Positions 17,646 through 27,454 of a DNA stretch of 33,567 nt are shown here, piece by piece. The translations under genes and the position numbers were made by a program. Positions within the stretch are counted from its first letter, which is position 1. Each line of letters opens with the position of its first letter. The notes under the pieces are model-generated. The model did no database searches and was not told the origin of the DNA. It was given only the letters and a program-made list of their open reading frames with translations. Location: sequence record SRR31156797_450. The stretch is one strand, 5' to 3'.

Positions 17646-18968
17646 ATGAATGTAACAAAAAATAAAACATTATCAGTCTTTTTTCAATACTCAATACCAT
17701 CTGTATTAGGTATGTTAGCAATTTCATCAGCAAATATAGTTGATGGATTTTTTATAGGAAATTATGTAGGAGATTTTGGACTTGCAGCAATAAATATAAG
17801 CTTACCTATTTTCTCTTTTTTATTTGGTTTTGCTTTTATGTTAGCAATTGGTAGTAGTGTTGTAGCTGGAAAACTAATAGGTGAAGGAGAAATTAAAAAA
17901 GCCTCTATTATTTTTACTAAAACAATGGTTTGTGTAACTATTTTTAGTTTTATAATTTGCAGTGTTTTATTTTTAAATATTGAGACTATTTTACATTTTT
18001 TTGGGGCAGATGAATACTTAACAAATGTTGCCATACAGTATTTATCTATTATGTTATTTTTTATTCCGTTTTTAATGATTGGAATAGTTTTAGATTATTT
18101 TGTAAGAATTGATAATAGACCAAATCTTGCTTTTATAGCTTTACTTTTTAGTGCTCTAATAAATGTTATATTAGATTGGTTTATGATTGTATATTTACAA
18201 AAAGGTATTTTTGGAGCAGCTCTAGCTACAGGTATTTCTCAACTTACTTTATTGATTACTCTTTTACCTCATTTTTTTTCAAAAAAAGCAACTCTTAGAT
18301 TTGTAAAACCTACAGGAAGTTATATTCAAATTGCAAAAGCTTGTTATAATGGTGCTTCAGAGTTTGTAAATGAAATTTCAATAGGAATAGTGACTTTAAT
18401 TTTTAACTATGTTATGATAAAGAATTTTGGTGTAGAAGGAATTGCAGCATTTACAGTTATAAATTATCTTTTATTTATTGGAATAATCATAAGTTTTGGA
18501 ATAAGTGACTCTTTACAACCAATTATTAGTAAAAATTTTGGTGCAAAACAGAGTAAAAGAATAGAAGAGTTTTTAAAATTAGCTTTTATTTCTACAAGTT
18601 TAGTTGGTCTTATAATGATAAGCTTAATTATATTTATTCCAGATAAACTTGCAAATATTTTTTTAGAAGATACTAATCATAAAACAAAACAATTAGTTTT
18701 AAATTTTGCTACATTTATATGGATAGTTTTTCTTTTTGATGGTATTAACCTTGTGATTTCTGCTTATTTTACTGCAATTCATAAGCCTTTACAATCAATG
18801 ACTATTGCGTTATCAAGAAGTTTTATTTTTCCTGTATTTTTTATATTTACATTACCATTTTTATTTGATTTAGATGGTATTTTTATAGCAATACCAATGG
18901 CTGAATTTATTACTTTTATGATCGCAGTAATTTTATATAGAAAATTTAACCCTAGAAAAATCACTTAA
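17646..18968 (+). CDS. MATE-family efflux transporter (MepA-like)
   Basis: FQYSIPSVLGML...NIVDGFFIGNYVG...LAAIN; NVILDWF; GAALATGISQ; QPIISKNFGAK; about 12 hydrophobic segments. Confidence 0.93.
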   Translation: MNVTKNKTLSVFFQYSIPSVLGMLAISSANIVDGFFIGNYVGDFGLAAINISLPIFSFLFGFAFMLAIGSSVVAGKLIGEGEIKKASIIFTKTMVCVTIFSFIICSVLFLNIETILHFFGADEYLTNVAIQYLSIMLFFIPFLMIGIVLDYFVRIDNRPNLAFIALLFSALINVILDWFMIVYLQKGIFGAALATGISQLTLLITLLPHFFSKKATLRFVKPTGSYIQIAKACYNGASEFVNEISIGIVTLIFNYVMIKNFGVEGIAAFTVINYLLFIGIIISFGISDSLQPIISKNFGAKQSKRIEEFLKLAFISTSLVGLIMISLIIFIPDKLANIFLEDTNHKTKQLVLNFATFIWIVFLFDGINLVISAYFTAIHKPLQSMTIALSRSFIFPVFFIFTLPFLFDLDGIFIAIPMAEFITFMIAVILYRKFNPRKIT

Positions 18969-19002
18969 GAAAATAGAATTAATATAACTATATAAATAGG
19001 AA

Positions 19003-19221
19003 ATGAATTATGAAAAATAATCTAAAAAATCGAATATTACTCTTATAATTGGTTAATAATTGAGCTTGATAAATTTAAAACAGATTTACAAGAAGCACTT
19101 ATAATATCATTAGAAATTGTGGAAATATTTTAGTAAATATCATCCTGACTCAAATCAAAAATCGAATTATAATTTTGATGAGCAAGATGATGAAATGTTG
19201 AAATTTGAAAAACAAATATAA
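19003..19221 (+). pseudogene. Possible degraded gene remnant of unknown family
   Basis: Protein-like fragments in shifting frames (KIEYYSYNWLIIELDKFKTDLQEALIISLEIVEIF / SKYHPDSNQKSNYNFDEQDDEMLKFEKQI*) behind an AGGA. Confidence 0.3.
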
Positions 19222-19232
19222 AAATTTTACAT

Positions 19233-19829
19233 TTATTTTTTTAGTAATTCATCTAACATTTCAATATAATCTATCAAATTTTTATTTAAATCATAATTTT
19301 CTAAAATCATAGATTGAAAATACATGCCATCAGCTGTTGCTACAAGGCTTGGAATAATTTTTTTAGAGTCTTCTTTTATATATTTTTTTTCAATCATTTC
19401 TGTAAAAATCTCATCAATATATTCAAAAATAAAATCATAAAACTCAATATTCTTTTGTTTGATAAATTGATTTTCCACATTTAAAAACATATAAAAGGTA
19501 TCTTTCATTAGTTTATCAAAAGGCTCATTATCAGGAGTTGATAAATCCAAATAAAAAGAAAAGAAAGCTATAAGTTTATCATTAAAAGTTGTAGCTCTAT
19601 TTATTTTAATTTCTATGTCTTTAAAAAGTTCTGAACCTTTTCTATCAATTACTTCAAAAATAAGTTCTTCTTTTGTTTTGAAGTAATGATAAAACTGTCC
19701 TTTAGACATATTGATAGACTGTATAAATTTATTTAATGAAAAATTGTTTACCCCATTAGCTATTAATTCTTCATAAGCTTTTAAACATATATAATCTTTT
19801 TTTTCATCAAAATTAACTATTTTAGGCAT
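19233..19829 (-). CDS. TetR/AcrR-family transcriptional regulator
   Basis: MPKIV start; HTH MSKGQFYHYFKTKEEL; lies downstream of the RND operon. Confidence 0.93.
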   Translation of the reverse strand: MPKIVNFDEKKDYICLKAYEELIANGVNNFSLNKFIQSINMSKGQFYHYFKTKEELIFEVIDRKGSELFKDIEIKINRATTFNDKLIAFFSFYLDLSTPDNEPFDKLMKDTFYMFLNVENQFIKQKNIEFYDFIFEYIDEIFTEMIEKKYIKEDSKKIIPSLVATADGMYFQSMILENYDLNKNLIDYIEMLDELLKK

Positions 19830-19850
19830 TAATCATTCCAATTTAATTTA

Positions 19851-19883
19851 ACTAATATTCTAGCTCTTGGCTAAAATATTAGT
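19851..19883. terminator. Hairpin between the outer-membrane factor gene and tetR
   Basis: ACTAATATTcTAGC-tcttg-GCTAaAATATTAGT, 14-bp arms with one mismatch. Confidence 0.5.
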
Positions 19884-19889
19884 ATAGCT

Positions 19890-21290
19890 TTAATGTTCTT
19901 CAATATCTTTTAAATATTCCTTACTCCATCCACCACCTAAAGATTTATAAAGTGAAATGGTTGTACTAAGTAAAGATTGATTTAATTGAACTAGATTAGT
20001 TTTACTAGAAAGATAATTACGCTCAGAATTTAGCAAAACAAAATAATCAACATAGCCTTGATTGTATTGGTTCTTTATAATCTCATATGTTTCTTGTAGA
20101 GTTTGAGTGTAAAGCTTTTGATTTTCAATTTTTTGAAGAATATTTTTTCTTTTATTTAAAACATCATAAACTTCTTGAAAAGCTTGCTGTATAGTTTTTT
20201 TATAGTTTATTTCTGCTAATTCTTTATTTGCAGTTGCATTATCAACACTTGCAGATATTTTACCTCTATTTAAAATTGGCATTGCTAAATTTGCTCCAAA
20301 ATTATTTTTGATGGAATTTGAATTAAATAGATTACTTACATCCCCACTTTCAAAACCAATAAGTGCACTTAAACTAATTTTAGGAAAATACATTGCCTTT
20401 GCAACTGAGATATTATAGTGGGATGCTTTCAAATTTTCTTCTGCTTGTTTTATATCTGGTCGATTATTTAATAGTTTAGATGGCAGATTTATAGGAACCT
20501 CAATATCTGCTGGTAGTTTATCTTTAAAGACTTCTTTACAAAACTCATCTATCTCTTTTGGATTTTTTCCAACTAGTAGAGCAAGGTTACTTTTTTGTAA
20601 ACTAATAGTTTGTTCTAAAGAGTTTTTATCAATCTTTAAACTTATCAAAGAGCTTTCTTCTTGAAGTATATTTACTTTTGAAATTGAACCTATCTTATAT
20701 TTAACTTTATATTTTTTTAACTCCTCTTCTTTTGTTAGGATTATTTGATTCGTGATGCTCAGTTGTTCATTTAAACTTATGAGTGTAAAATAATTATCTA
20801 TTATATTTGAAATCAATGATAATTTGACAGTATCTTTAGCTGCATAAGAAGCTATTAAAGATGACTTAGCAGAGTTTTGGGCTTCTTTATATTTTCCCCA
20901 TAAATCTAATTCATAACTAAGTACTCCACTTAAGGAGTATGTATTATTTGTACTATTGTTATTTTTAATTTTATTGGCTGCATTTTGTAGTTCTAAAGTT
21001 GGATAACGATCTGAACTGCTTGATGATAAAGATGCTCTACTCAATGAAATATTTACCATAGCTATTTGTAAATCAAAATTATTTTTTAAAGCTTCATCAA
21101 CAAGTAAAGATAACTTTTCATCTTGAAAATCTTTCCACCACTCTTCTTTTATTTTAACATCTTTATTTTTTGTATCAGAATTGTTATATTCTAAAGGAAA
21201 TTCTGTTTTTGGTATTGCTATTTTTGTTGAAATACCACAACCTCCTAAAAATAAAGCTATAAGAAAAATAAAATAAATATTAAGCTTCAT
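19890..21290 (-). CDS. RND efflux outer-membrane lipoprotein (NodT/OprM/CmeC-like)
   Basis: Lipobox FLGGC; WWKDFQD; YELDLWG; LPSKLLNNRPDI; LYKSLGGGW. Confidence 0.95.
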   Translation of the reverse strand: MKLNIYFIFLIALFLGGCGISTKIAIPKTEFPLEYNNSDTKNKDVKIKEEWWKDFQDEKLSLLVDEALKNNFDLQIAMVNISLSRASLSSSSSDRYPTLELQNAANKIKNNNSTNNTYSLSGVLSYELDLWGKYKEAQNSAKSSLIASYAAKDTVKLSLISNIIDNYFTLISLNEQLSITNQIILTKEEELKKYKVKYKIGSISKVNILQEESSLISLKIDKNSLEQTISLQKSNLALLVGKNPKEIDEFCKEVFKDKLPADIEVPINLPSKLLNNRPDIKQAEENLKASHYNISVAKAMYFPKISLSALIGFESGDVSNLFNSNSIKNNFGANLAMPILNRGKISASVDNATANKELAEINYKKTIQQAFQEVYDVLNKRKNILQKIENQKLYTQTLQETYEIIKNQYNQGYVDYFVLLNSERNYLSSKTNLVQLNQSLLSTTISLYKSLGGGWSKEYLKDIEEH

Positions 21291-24200
21291 TATTTACCCC
21301 TTTATTCATAAATTTAGCATTGATTTTTGCTAATATATAATAAAAAAGTGGTATGAAAAACACTGCAATAGTTGTTGCCGCAATCATACCTCCAATAACT
21401 CCAGTACCTATGGCATGCCTACTTCCAGCACCAGCTCCTGAACTAATAGCTAAAGGTAAAACACCTATTGTAAATGCTAAAGAGGTCATAATAATTGGAC
21501 GAAATCTTAATCTTGCCGCTTCTAATGTCGCTTCTAAAATAGATTTACCTTTTTCTTGAGCTTGCATTGCAAATTCGACAATTAAAATAGCATTTTTTGC
21601 AGAAAGACCAATCAGAACTAAAAGACCAATCTGAAAATAAATATCATTTTGCAAGTCTCTTAGATAAACTGCTAAAATAGCACCAAATACAGCAAATGGC
21701 ACAACAGTAATAACAGCAAGTGGCATTAGCCATCTTTCATATTGTGCCGCTAAAATTAGAAATATAAATAATAAAGCTAATAAAAAAGCTTGTGTACTGT
21801 TTCCTTTCATAGCTTTTTCTTGATATGATGTTCCAGCCCATGCAATATTATATCCTCTAGGAGCTACCTCTTTTACTACCTCTTCTATGGCTTGTAGTGC
21901 TTGCCCTGATGAATAGCCCAAAGATGCTTCTCCATCAATTCTTGCAGAAGTTAAAGCATTAAATCTATCTAGATTATTAGCTCCTACACCTCTTTTAATT
22001 GTAACAAGGCTACTTATAGGAATATATTTTCCAGATTCGGATTTAACAAATAATAAATTTAAATCATCAGGTTTTTCTCTAAAACTTGATTCTGCTTGTA
22101 CATTTACTTTGTAAGCTTTACCAAATAGATTAAAATCATTTACATAATATGAACCTAATGTTACTTGTAATGTTTTATATACTTCGCTTATTGATACCCC
22201 CAAAGCTTTTGCTTTTTCTTTATTTAAAATTATTTGATATTGAGGAATAGATATATCAAAACTACTTCTTACCATTGATAACTCTGGACGAGTAGAAGCT
22301 TTTTTTACAATTTTATTTACTACATCATTTAAAGCATCTAAACTCCCACCTGATTTATCTTGTAAATACATTTCAAAACCACTTGAATTGCTTAATCCAT
22401 CTATTGGTGGTGCACTTAAAGTAAAAATAGTAGCATCAGGTATTTCGTAAAATGCACCATTTAACATATTACTAATTGAATCAGCTGATTGCTCAGTTTT
22501 TAATCGCTCACTCCATGGTTTTAAAGTAAAAAATGAAGTTGATGTGTGAGAACCCCCTCCTCCAAACATACCAAAACCAGAAATAATAATTGAATCTTCA
22601 ATTTCAGGTATATTTTTAGTTATTTCACTCATTTGCCTACCAACATCTATTGTTCTATCAAGTGATGCAGCAACTGGTAAATTAGCAGCTGCGATTAAAT
22701 ATCCTTTATCTTCTAGTGGAACCAAACTAGAAGGAACTTTTTGAAATAATTGATATGTAGCACCAATTAATACTCCAAATATAATCATACTTATTAAACT
22801 ATGTCTTATTACTAGATTAACTCCATTTGAAAACCAATTGGTTGACTTATCAAAAAAGTCGTTAAATCTTTTTACAAACCAAAATGGCTTAGGTTCAATT
22901 TTTTTAATAAAAATAGTACATAAAGCTGGTGTCAAAGTTAGTGCAACAAATCCAGAAATCACAACAGAAATAACAATAGTTATCGCAAATTGTTGATACA
23001 TAGCTCCTGTGAAACCACCCATAAAAGAAACAGGAATAAATACAGCAGATAAAACTAGAACAATAGCAATAACAGGTTTTGTAATCTCACTCATAGCTTG
23101 TATAGTTGCTTCTTTTACTGTAATATTCTTATTTGAATGTAAAATTCTTTCAACATTTTCAACCACAATAATAGCATCATCAACAACTATTCCAATAGAT
23201 AAGACCAAACCAAATAAAGTTAAAAGATTGATAGAATATCCCAATAAATACATTCCTGCAAAAGTACCAATAATAGATACAGGAATAGCAAGAATAGGAA
23301 TTATTGTAGCTCTCATATTTTGTAAAAAAAGATATACTATAATAATTACTAGTAAAAGTGCTTCAATAAATGTTTTTATTACCTCTTGTACAGATATTTC
23401 TATAAATTTTGTAGTATCATAAGGTATATTATATGTGATATCTTTAGGAAAAGAAGTACTTAATTCTTTCATTTTTTCTTTTACTAATTTTGCAGTTCCT
23501 AAAGCATTTGCTCCTGATTGTAGATTTATCCCTATTGGTACAGTAGTTTGAGAGTTTTGTATGGTGTGTCCACTATATGAATTTGAACCCAATTCAACCC
23601 TTGCTACATTTTTTAATTTTAAAGAAGAACCATCTGAATTATATTTTAAAATTATATTTTCAAATTCACTTACTTTTTGTAATCGCCCAGAACTTTTAAC
23701 TTTAAAGGTATAAGCTTGGGAACTTGTAGATGGTGTTTCATTAAAACTACCAATTGGTGCTTCTGCATTTTGTTCAGAAATTGCATTTATAATATCAGTT
23801 GGACTAAGATTGTATTTTGCTAATTGGTCAGGTTTTAGCCAAACTCTCATAGAATATTCTCTATTACTAAATAACATAGTATTTCCAACACCAGGGATTC
23901 TTTTTAATTCATCTACGATATTTATATTTGCATAATTTGACATATATAATTCATCATGTGTATTATTAGGAGACAATAAAGAAATCATCATTAAAATACT
24001 TGATGACTGTTTAGCTACATTTACCCCTTGGCTTTGAACTTCAGATGGAAGATTACTTAAAGCCATTTGAACACGGTTATTTACATCAATAGTAGCCTTA
24101 TCAACATCTGTACCAATTTTAAAATCAATATTGATACTTACTGTTCCATCAGATGATGAAGTAGATGACATATACATCATATTTTCAATACCATTAATTT

Positions 24201-24402
24201 GCTCTTCAAGTGGCGCAGCTATTGTTTTTGAAACAGTTTCTGCACTTGCTCCTACATAAGTTGCAGTAACACTCACTTGAGGAGGGGTAACTTGAGGATA
24301 CTCTTCAACAGGTAATCCTTTTATTGATATAATCCCTAAAATAAGAATAATCAACGAGAAAACTGTCGAAAATATAGGTCTATTAATAAAAAATTTAGAC
24401 AT
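21280..24402 (-). CDS. HAE1 RND efflux permease (AcrB/CmeB-like)
   Basis: MSKFFINRPIF; proton-relay motifs VDDAIIVVEN, KNAILIVEF and RFRPIIMTSLAF intact; 1040 aa. Confidence 0.97.
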   Translation of the reverse strand: MSKFFINRPIFSTVFSLIILILGIISIKGLPVEEYPQVTPPQVSVTATYVGASAETVSKTIAAPLEEQINGIENMMYMSSTSSSDGTVSINIDFKIGTDVDKATIDVNNRVQMALSNLPSEVQSQGVNVAKQSSSILMMISLLSPNNTHDELYMSNYANINIVDELKRIPGVGNTMLFSNREYSMRVWLKPDQLAKYNLSPTDIINAISEQNAEAPIGSFNETPSTSSQAYTFKVKSSGRLQKVSEFENIILKYNSDGSSLKLKNVARVELGSNSYSGHTIQNSQTTVPIGINLQSGANALGTAKLVKEKMKELSTSFPKDITYNIPYDTTKFIEISVQEVIKTFIEALLLVIIIVYLFLQNMRATIIPILAIPVSIIGTFAGMYLLGYSINLLTLFGLVLSIGIVVDDAIIVVENVERILHSNKNITVKEATIQAMSEITKPVIAIVLVLSAVFIPVSFMGGFTGAMYQQFAITIVISVVISGFVALTLTPALCTIFIKKIEPKPFWFVKRFNDFFDKSTNWFSNGVNLVIRHSLISMIIFGVLIGATYQLFQKVPSSLVPLEDKGYLIAAANLPVAASLDRTIDVGRQMSEITKNIPEIEDSIIISGFGMFGGGGSHTSTSFFTLKPWSERLKTEQSADSISNMLNGAFYEIPDATIFTLSAPPIDGLSNSSGFEMYLQDKSGGSLDALNDVVNKIVKKASTRPELSMVRSSFDISIPQYQIILNKEKAKALGVSISEVYKTLQVTLGSYYVNDFNLFGKAYKVNVQAESSFREKPDDLNLLFVKSESGKYIPISSLVTIKRGVGANNLDRFNALTSARIDGEASLGYSSGQALQAIEEVVKEVAPRGYNIAWAGTSYQEKAMKGNSTQAFLLALLFIFLILAAQYERWLMPLAVITVVPFAVFGAILAVYLRDLQNDIYFQIGLLVLIGLSAKNAILIVEFAMQAQEKGKSILEATLEAARLRFRPIIMTSLAFTIGVLPLAISSGAGAGSRHAIGTGVIGGMIAATTIAVFFIPLFYYILAKINAKFMNKGVNNEA

Positions 24403-24405
24403 TTC

Positions 24406-25530
24406 TTACTCTTTAGACATTAATTCAACAGTAGAACCTGCTTGAATTTTAGTTAAATTATTTGTAAGAACAATATCATTTTCACTTAGTCCACTCTCTA
24501 TGATGTACGCATCATTTGTTATCTCACCAATTCTAACAGCTACTTTTAGCGCTTGATTTTCTTTTACTATATATACAAATGTACCAGTAGCATCTTGTAA
24601 AACTGAAACTTGAGGAACGCTCATAGCATTTTTATAAACTAAACCATGTATTCTTATTCTTACAAATAATCCAGATACTAAATTATTTTTAGGATTTTCA
24701 AAAGTTGCTCTAGCTTTTATTGTTGAAGTTTCATTATCAACAAAACTATCAATAAAATCTAAAGTACCCTTTTGTTGATACTCCAAACCATCAGAAAAAC
24801 TTATAGATACAGGTAATTTAATGTTATTCAAGTTAAATCGTTTTTTTAGAAGTTCAATATCTGGAAGTGAAAATTCTACATATATTGGATTGGTTTTAGT
24901 TATAGTTGTAAGTTTTTTTGACTCATCTGTAGAATCAATATAACTTCCAATATCTTGTAGATTCAAACTAGTTATTCCAGAGATAGGAGCTTTAACTTTT
25001 GTATAATTAAAATCAATTTTTGTTTTTTTCAAATTCGCTTTTGAAGCTTTTAGTGAAGCTTGTGCTATCTCATAATTACTTAATGCTATATCTCTATCTT
25101 TTTGTGAAGCAGAATTTTGTTCAAAAAGTATTTTAACCCTTTCCCATTCCCTTGTAGCTTGTTTTAAGGTAGCTGTTTTAACCTCTACATCAGCTTGTGC
25201 TTCTTTCATTAAAGCTTCATATCTTGTTGAATCAATTTGATATAAAATCTCTCCTTTCTTTACAAAACTTCCCTCTTCAAAATATTTTTTTTCTAATGTT
25301 CCATTTACTTTAGATATAACTTTAACTTGTTGCATAGCTTTTATTTTTGCAGGATATTCCAATGAAACGGGAATGTCGCTTAATTTAACTTGATAAGTTG
25401 ACACTTTTAAAGGAGGTAAACTCTCCATAGCATTATTTGATTTAATATCTTTATTTTCAGAAAAACATCCAGTTAAAATAAAACTTCCTAATAAACTTAT
25501 TAATATATATTTTTTAAATAATTTTTTCAT
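24406..25530 (-). CDS. RND periplasmic adaptor lipoprotein (AcrA/CmeA-like)
   Basis: Lipobox ILTGC; FEEGSFVKKGEILYQID; YTKVKAPISG; STIKARATFENP. Confidence 0.95.
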   Translation of the reverse strand: MKKLFKKYILISLLGSFILTGCFSENKDIKSNNAMESLPPLKVSTYQVKLSDIPVSLEYPAKIKAMQQVKVISKVNGTLEKKYFEEGSFVKKGEILYQIDSTRYEALMKEAQADVEVKTATLKQATREWERVKILFEQNSASQKDRDIALSNYEIAQASLKASKANLKKTKIDFNYTKVKAPISGITSLNLQDIGSYIDSTDESKKLTTITKTNPIYVEFSLPDIELLKKRFNLNNIKLPVSISFSDGLEYQQKGTLDFIDSFVDNETSTIKARATFENPKNNLVSGLFVRIRIHGLVYKNAMSVPQVSVLQDATGTFVYIVKENQALKVAVRIGEITNDAYIIESGLSENDIVLTNNLTKIQAGSTVELMSKE

Positions 25531-25550
25531 TTTTTTCTCTTTTTTTATAA

Positions 25551-25868
25551 TTAATTATGTTGTAATTTAAGAATTGCAGAACCCAAGACAATTAAAACTA
25601 CTCCAATAATCTTAATTAAACTCAAATCTTCATTAAAAAAGAACCATCCTAAAATAACAATAAGAGAAGTTCCCATTCCAGCCCAAATAGCATAAGCTGT
25701 ACCTATATCAATTTTTTGAACAGTAATAGCAATTAAAGCAAATGATATAACATAACAAAATACAATAAGAATAATCCAATATGAATTACTTGTTATTGTC
25801 AATTGTTTTAAAGATAGTGTTCCCGCAACTTCAAATAAAATTGCGACAAACAAATAAAACCAATACAT
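25551..25868 (-). CDS. SMR-family small multidrug transporter (EmrE/QacE-like)
   Basis: 105 aa with four TM segments; membrane Glu in AILFEVAGT; IDIGTAYAIWAGMG; AAGGA SD. Confidence 0.93.
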   Translation of the reverse strand: MYWFYLFVAILFEVAGTLSLKQLTITSNSYWIILIVFCYVISFALIAITVQKIDIGTAYAIWAGMGTSLIVILGWFFFNEDLSLIKIIGVVLIVLGSAILKLQHN

Positions 25869-25881
25869 AAATTTCCTTTTT

Positions 25882-25947
25882 TAAACTAGTGGTCTAATTT
25901 TAAACTAAAAAAACTTTTCTTTTATTTAAACTAGTGGTTTAAATAAA
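25882..25947 (-). promoter_or_regulatory. Two operator-like sites upstream of the SMR-RND operon
   Basis: TAAACTAGTGGTCTA (25882-25896) and TAAACTAGTGGTTTA (25927-25941). The second sits in the palindrome TTTATTTAAAC-tagtg-GTTTAAATAAA. Confidence 0.75.
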
Positions 25948-26090
25948 TATTTGAATCCCAAATTTATCAGAAAAAATTTAAAAGAAGTTTTACTGATTAT
26001 TAATTTTATTGTGAAGAATAATAGTTAATAGAAAATATGATAAGTTGTTTTTTTATTTCAATTAGAGCAAATGTTATATAAACATATACT

Positions 26091-26562
26091 CTAATTTCTT
26101 TGCTCACTTGCTAATTTTAATCCAAGTAATATAAGAATCACTCCACTTGTTTTGTTTATATAATTCAAAACAATAGGTCGTGCTTGTATCCAAAAAGACA
26201 ATAATCCAGAAATAAAGCCAATAGGAGCTTTAATTAGAAATGTTAAAATAGCAAATGTAAGTCCTAATATAAAAAGTTGTAAAGATTCATTTCCACTATT
26301 TACATTTACAAATTGTGGTAAATACGAAAAATAAAATATTGTAATTTTAGGATTCATTATATTAGTTAATGCACCTTGCATTATCATTTTTTTAGAAGAA
26401 ACTTTTGGTAAATCTTTCATTGCTAATTTTGGGTTTTTACTAAATAAAAGTTGTATTCCTATATAGATTAAATAAGCTGCACCTAAAAACTTTATAATAT
26501 CAAACAGCCATTGTGAAGTCATAAGTAATGCTCCTAGTCCAACTGTTGCCAATGGAATGACC
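26091..26562 (-). pseudogene. 5'-truncated LysE/RhtB exporter
   Basis: IIKFLGAAYLIYIG, TNIMNPK and LPQFV present, but the N-terminal PGP segment is missing; no SD at 26552. Confidence 0.85.
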
Positions 26563-26659
26563 CCGATAAGTAATCACTTGCAAGTTTCATATATATGAAG
26601 TTTGAACCCCAAATAAGTCCAAGGGTCCAAAATAAAATAAATGGTAAATTTTTTAACAT
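26534..26659 (-). pseudogene. 5' fragment of an EamA/DMT transporter, fused out of frame to the LysE remnant
   Basis: AAGGA SD then MLKNLPFILFWTLGLIWGSNFIYMKLASDYLS-GSFHWQQLD*; 28 of the first 32 residues identical to the EamA at 28345. Not in the ORF track. Confidence 0.88.
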
Positions 26660-26683
26660 TAAAATCCTTTAAATTTTTGAAGA

Positions 26684-26738
26684 ATTTTAATGATTTAAAA
26701 AAATATTGCATAGAACATTGTTGCAATTTTATACTATG
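26684..26738 (-). promoter_or_regulatory. 18-bp motif promoter of the chimeric pseudogene
   Basis: Minus strand TTGCAACAATGTTCTATG (26726-26709), 19 nt upstream of TAAAAT. Confidence 0.7.
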
Positions 26739-26800
26739 AATAAAAACTTTACCCTAAAACTTGTAATCTAGACTAAGTATATAATCTCTTTTATTTACTC

Positions 26801-27445
26801 CTAAATACTTCTCAATTCTTTAATTCCAATGTAAGAACCAAGTCCAAACAAAATTGATGCAGAAACTCTTTCTTGTACTTGTTGTGCCTTTTTGCTTTTT
26901 TTGATAAGAGCAGATACTTTACTTGAAAATATTGCAACTAAAAAGTCACAAGGTATAGCAGAAACCACTACAATAATCCCAAAAATTAATAATTGAAATG
27001 AAACAGAACCAATTTCTGGATTTACAAACTGAGGTAAAAATGCTATGAAAAATAGAGCTGTTTTTGGATTTGTTAATTCTATCAAAATACTTTCAAAAAA
27101 TATTCTTGATAGAGGTTTATAACTTGATTTTTTAGCCTCTTGCACTTCACTGTTCTCAAAGCTTGACTTAAAATATTTAATTCCTAAATAAATCAAATAA
27201 AATGCCCCTAAAAGCTTAATAATAATATATAAAGTTGGAGAGTGTTTAAATATGGCTGCCAAACCCAAAACTGTTGCAAGAACATGAAAAAATCCACCTA
27301 CTGCTAAACCAAGCGCTGCAACAATTCCGCCTGATACTCCTTGAGATATTGATCTTGCCATTACATACAAGTTTGAAGGTCCTGGAGAAATATGCATAAT
27401 TAATGTTGCAAGTGTGAAAGTTAATAATACTTCTATTGCTGGCAT
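26801..27445 (-). CDS. LysE/RhtB-family amino-acid exporter
   Basis: ISPGPSNLYVMARS; KLLGAFYLIYLG; LTNPKTALFFIAFLPQFV; AAGGA SD directly after araC. Confidence 0.93.
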   Translation of the reverse strand: MPAIEVLLTFTLATLIMHISPGPSNLYVMARSISQGVSGGIVAALGLAVGGFFHVLATVLGLAAIFKHSPTLYIIIKLLGAFYLIYLGIKYFKSSFENSEVQEAKKSSYKPLSRIFFESILIELTNPKTALFFIAFLPQFVNPEIGSVSFQLLIFGIIVVVSAIPCDFLVAIFSSKVSALIKKSKKAQQVQERVSASILFGLGSYIGIKELRSI

Positions 27446-27454
27446 TTAAATCCT

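Noticed and set aside
17328..19460. TetR duplicates as direct repeats flanking a mobile MATE cassette
   Set aside because: The copies are about 75% identical at protein level, too diverged for attachment sites, and there is no integrase or transposase.
19233..25530. Assigning cmeABC/areABC gene symbols
   Set aside because: The family is clear but orthology cannot be established without a search.
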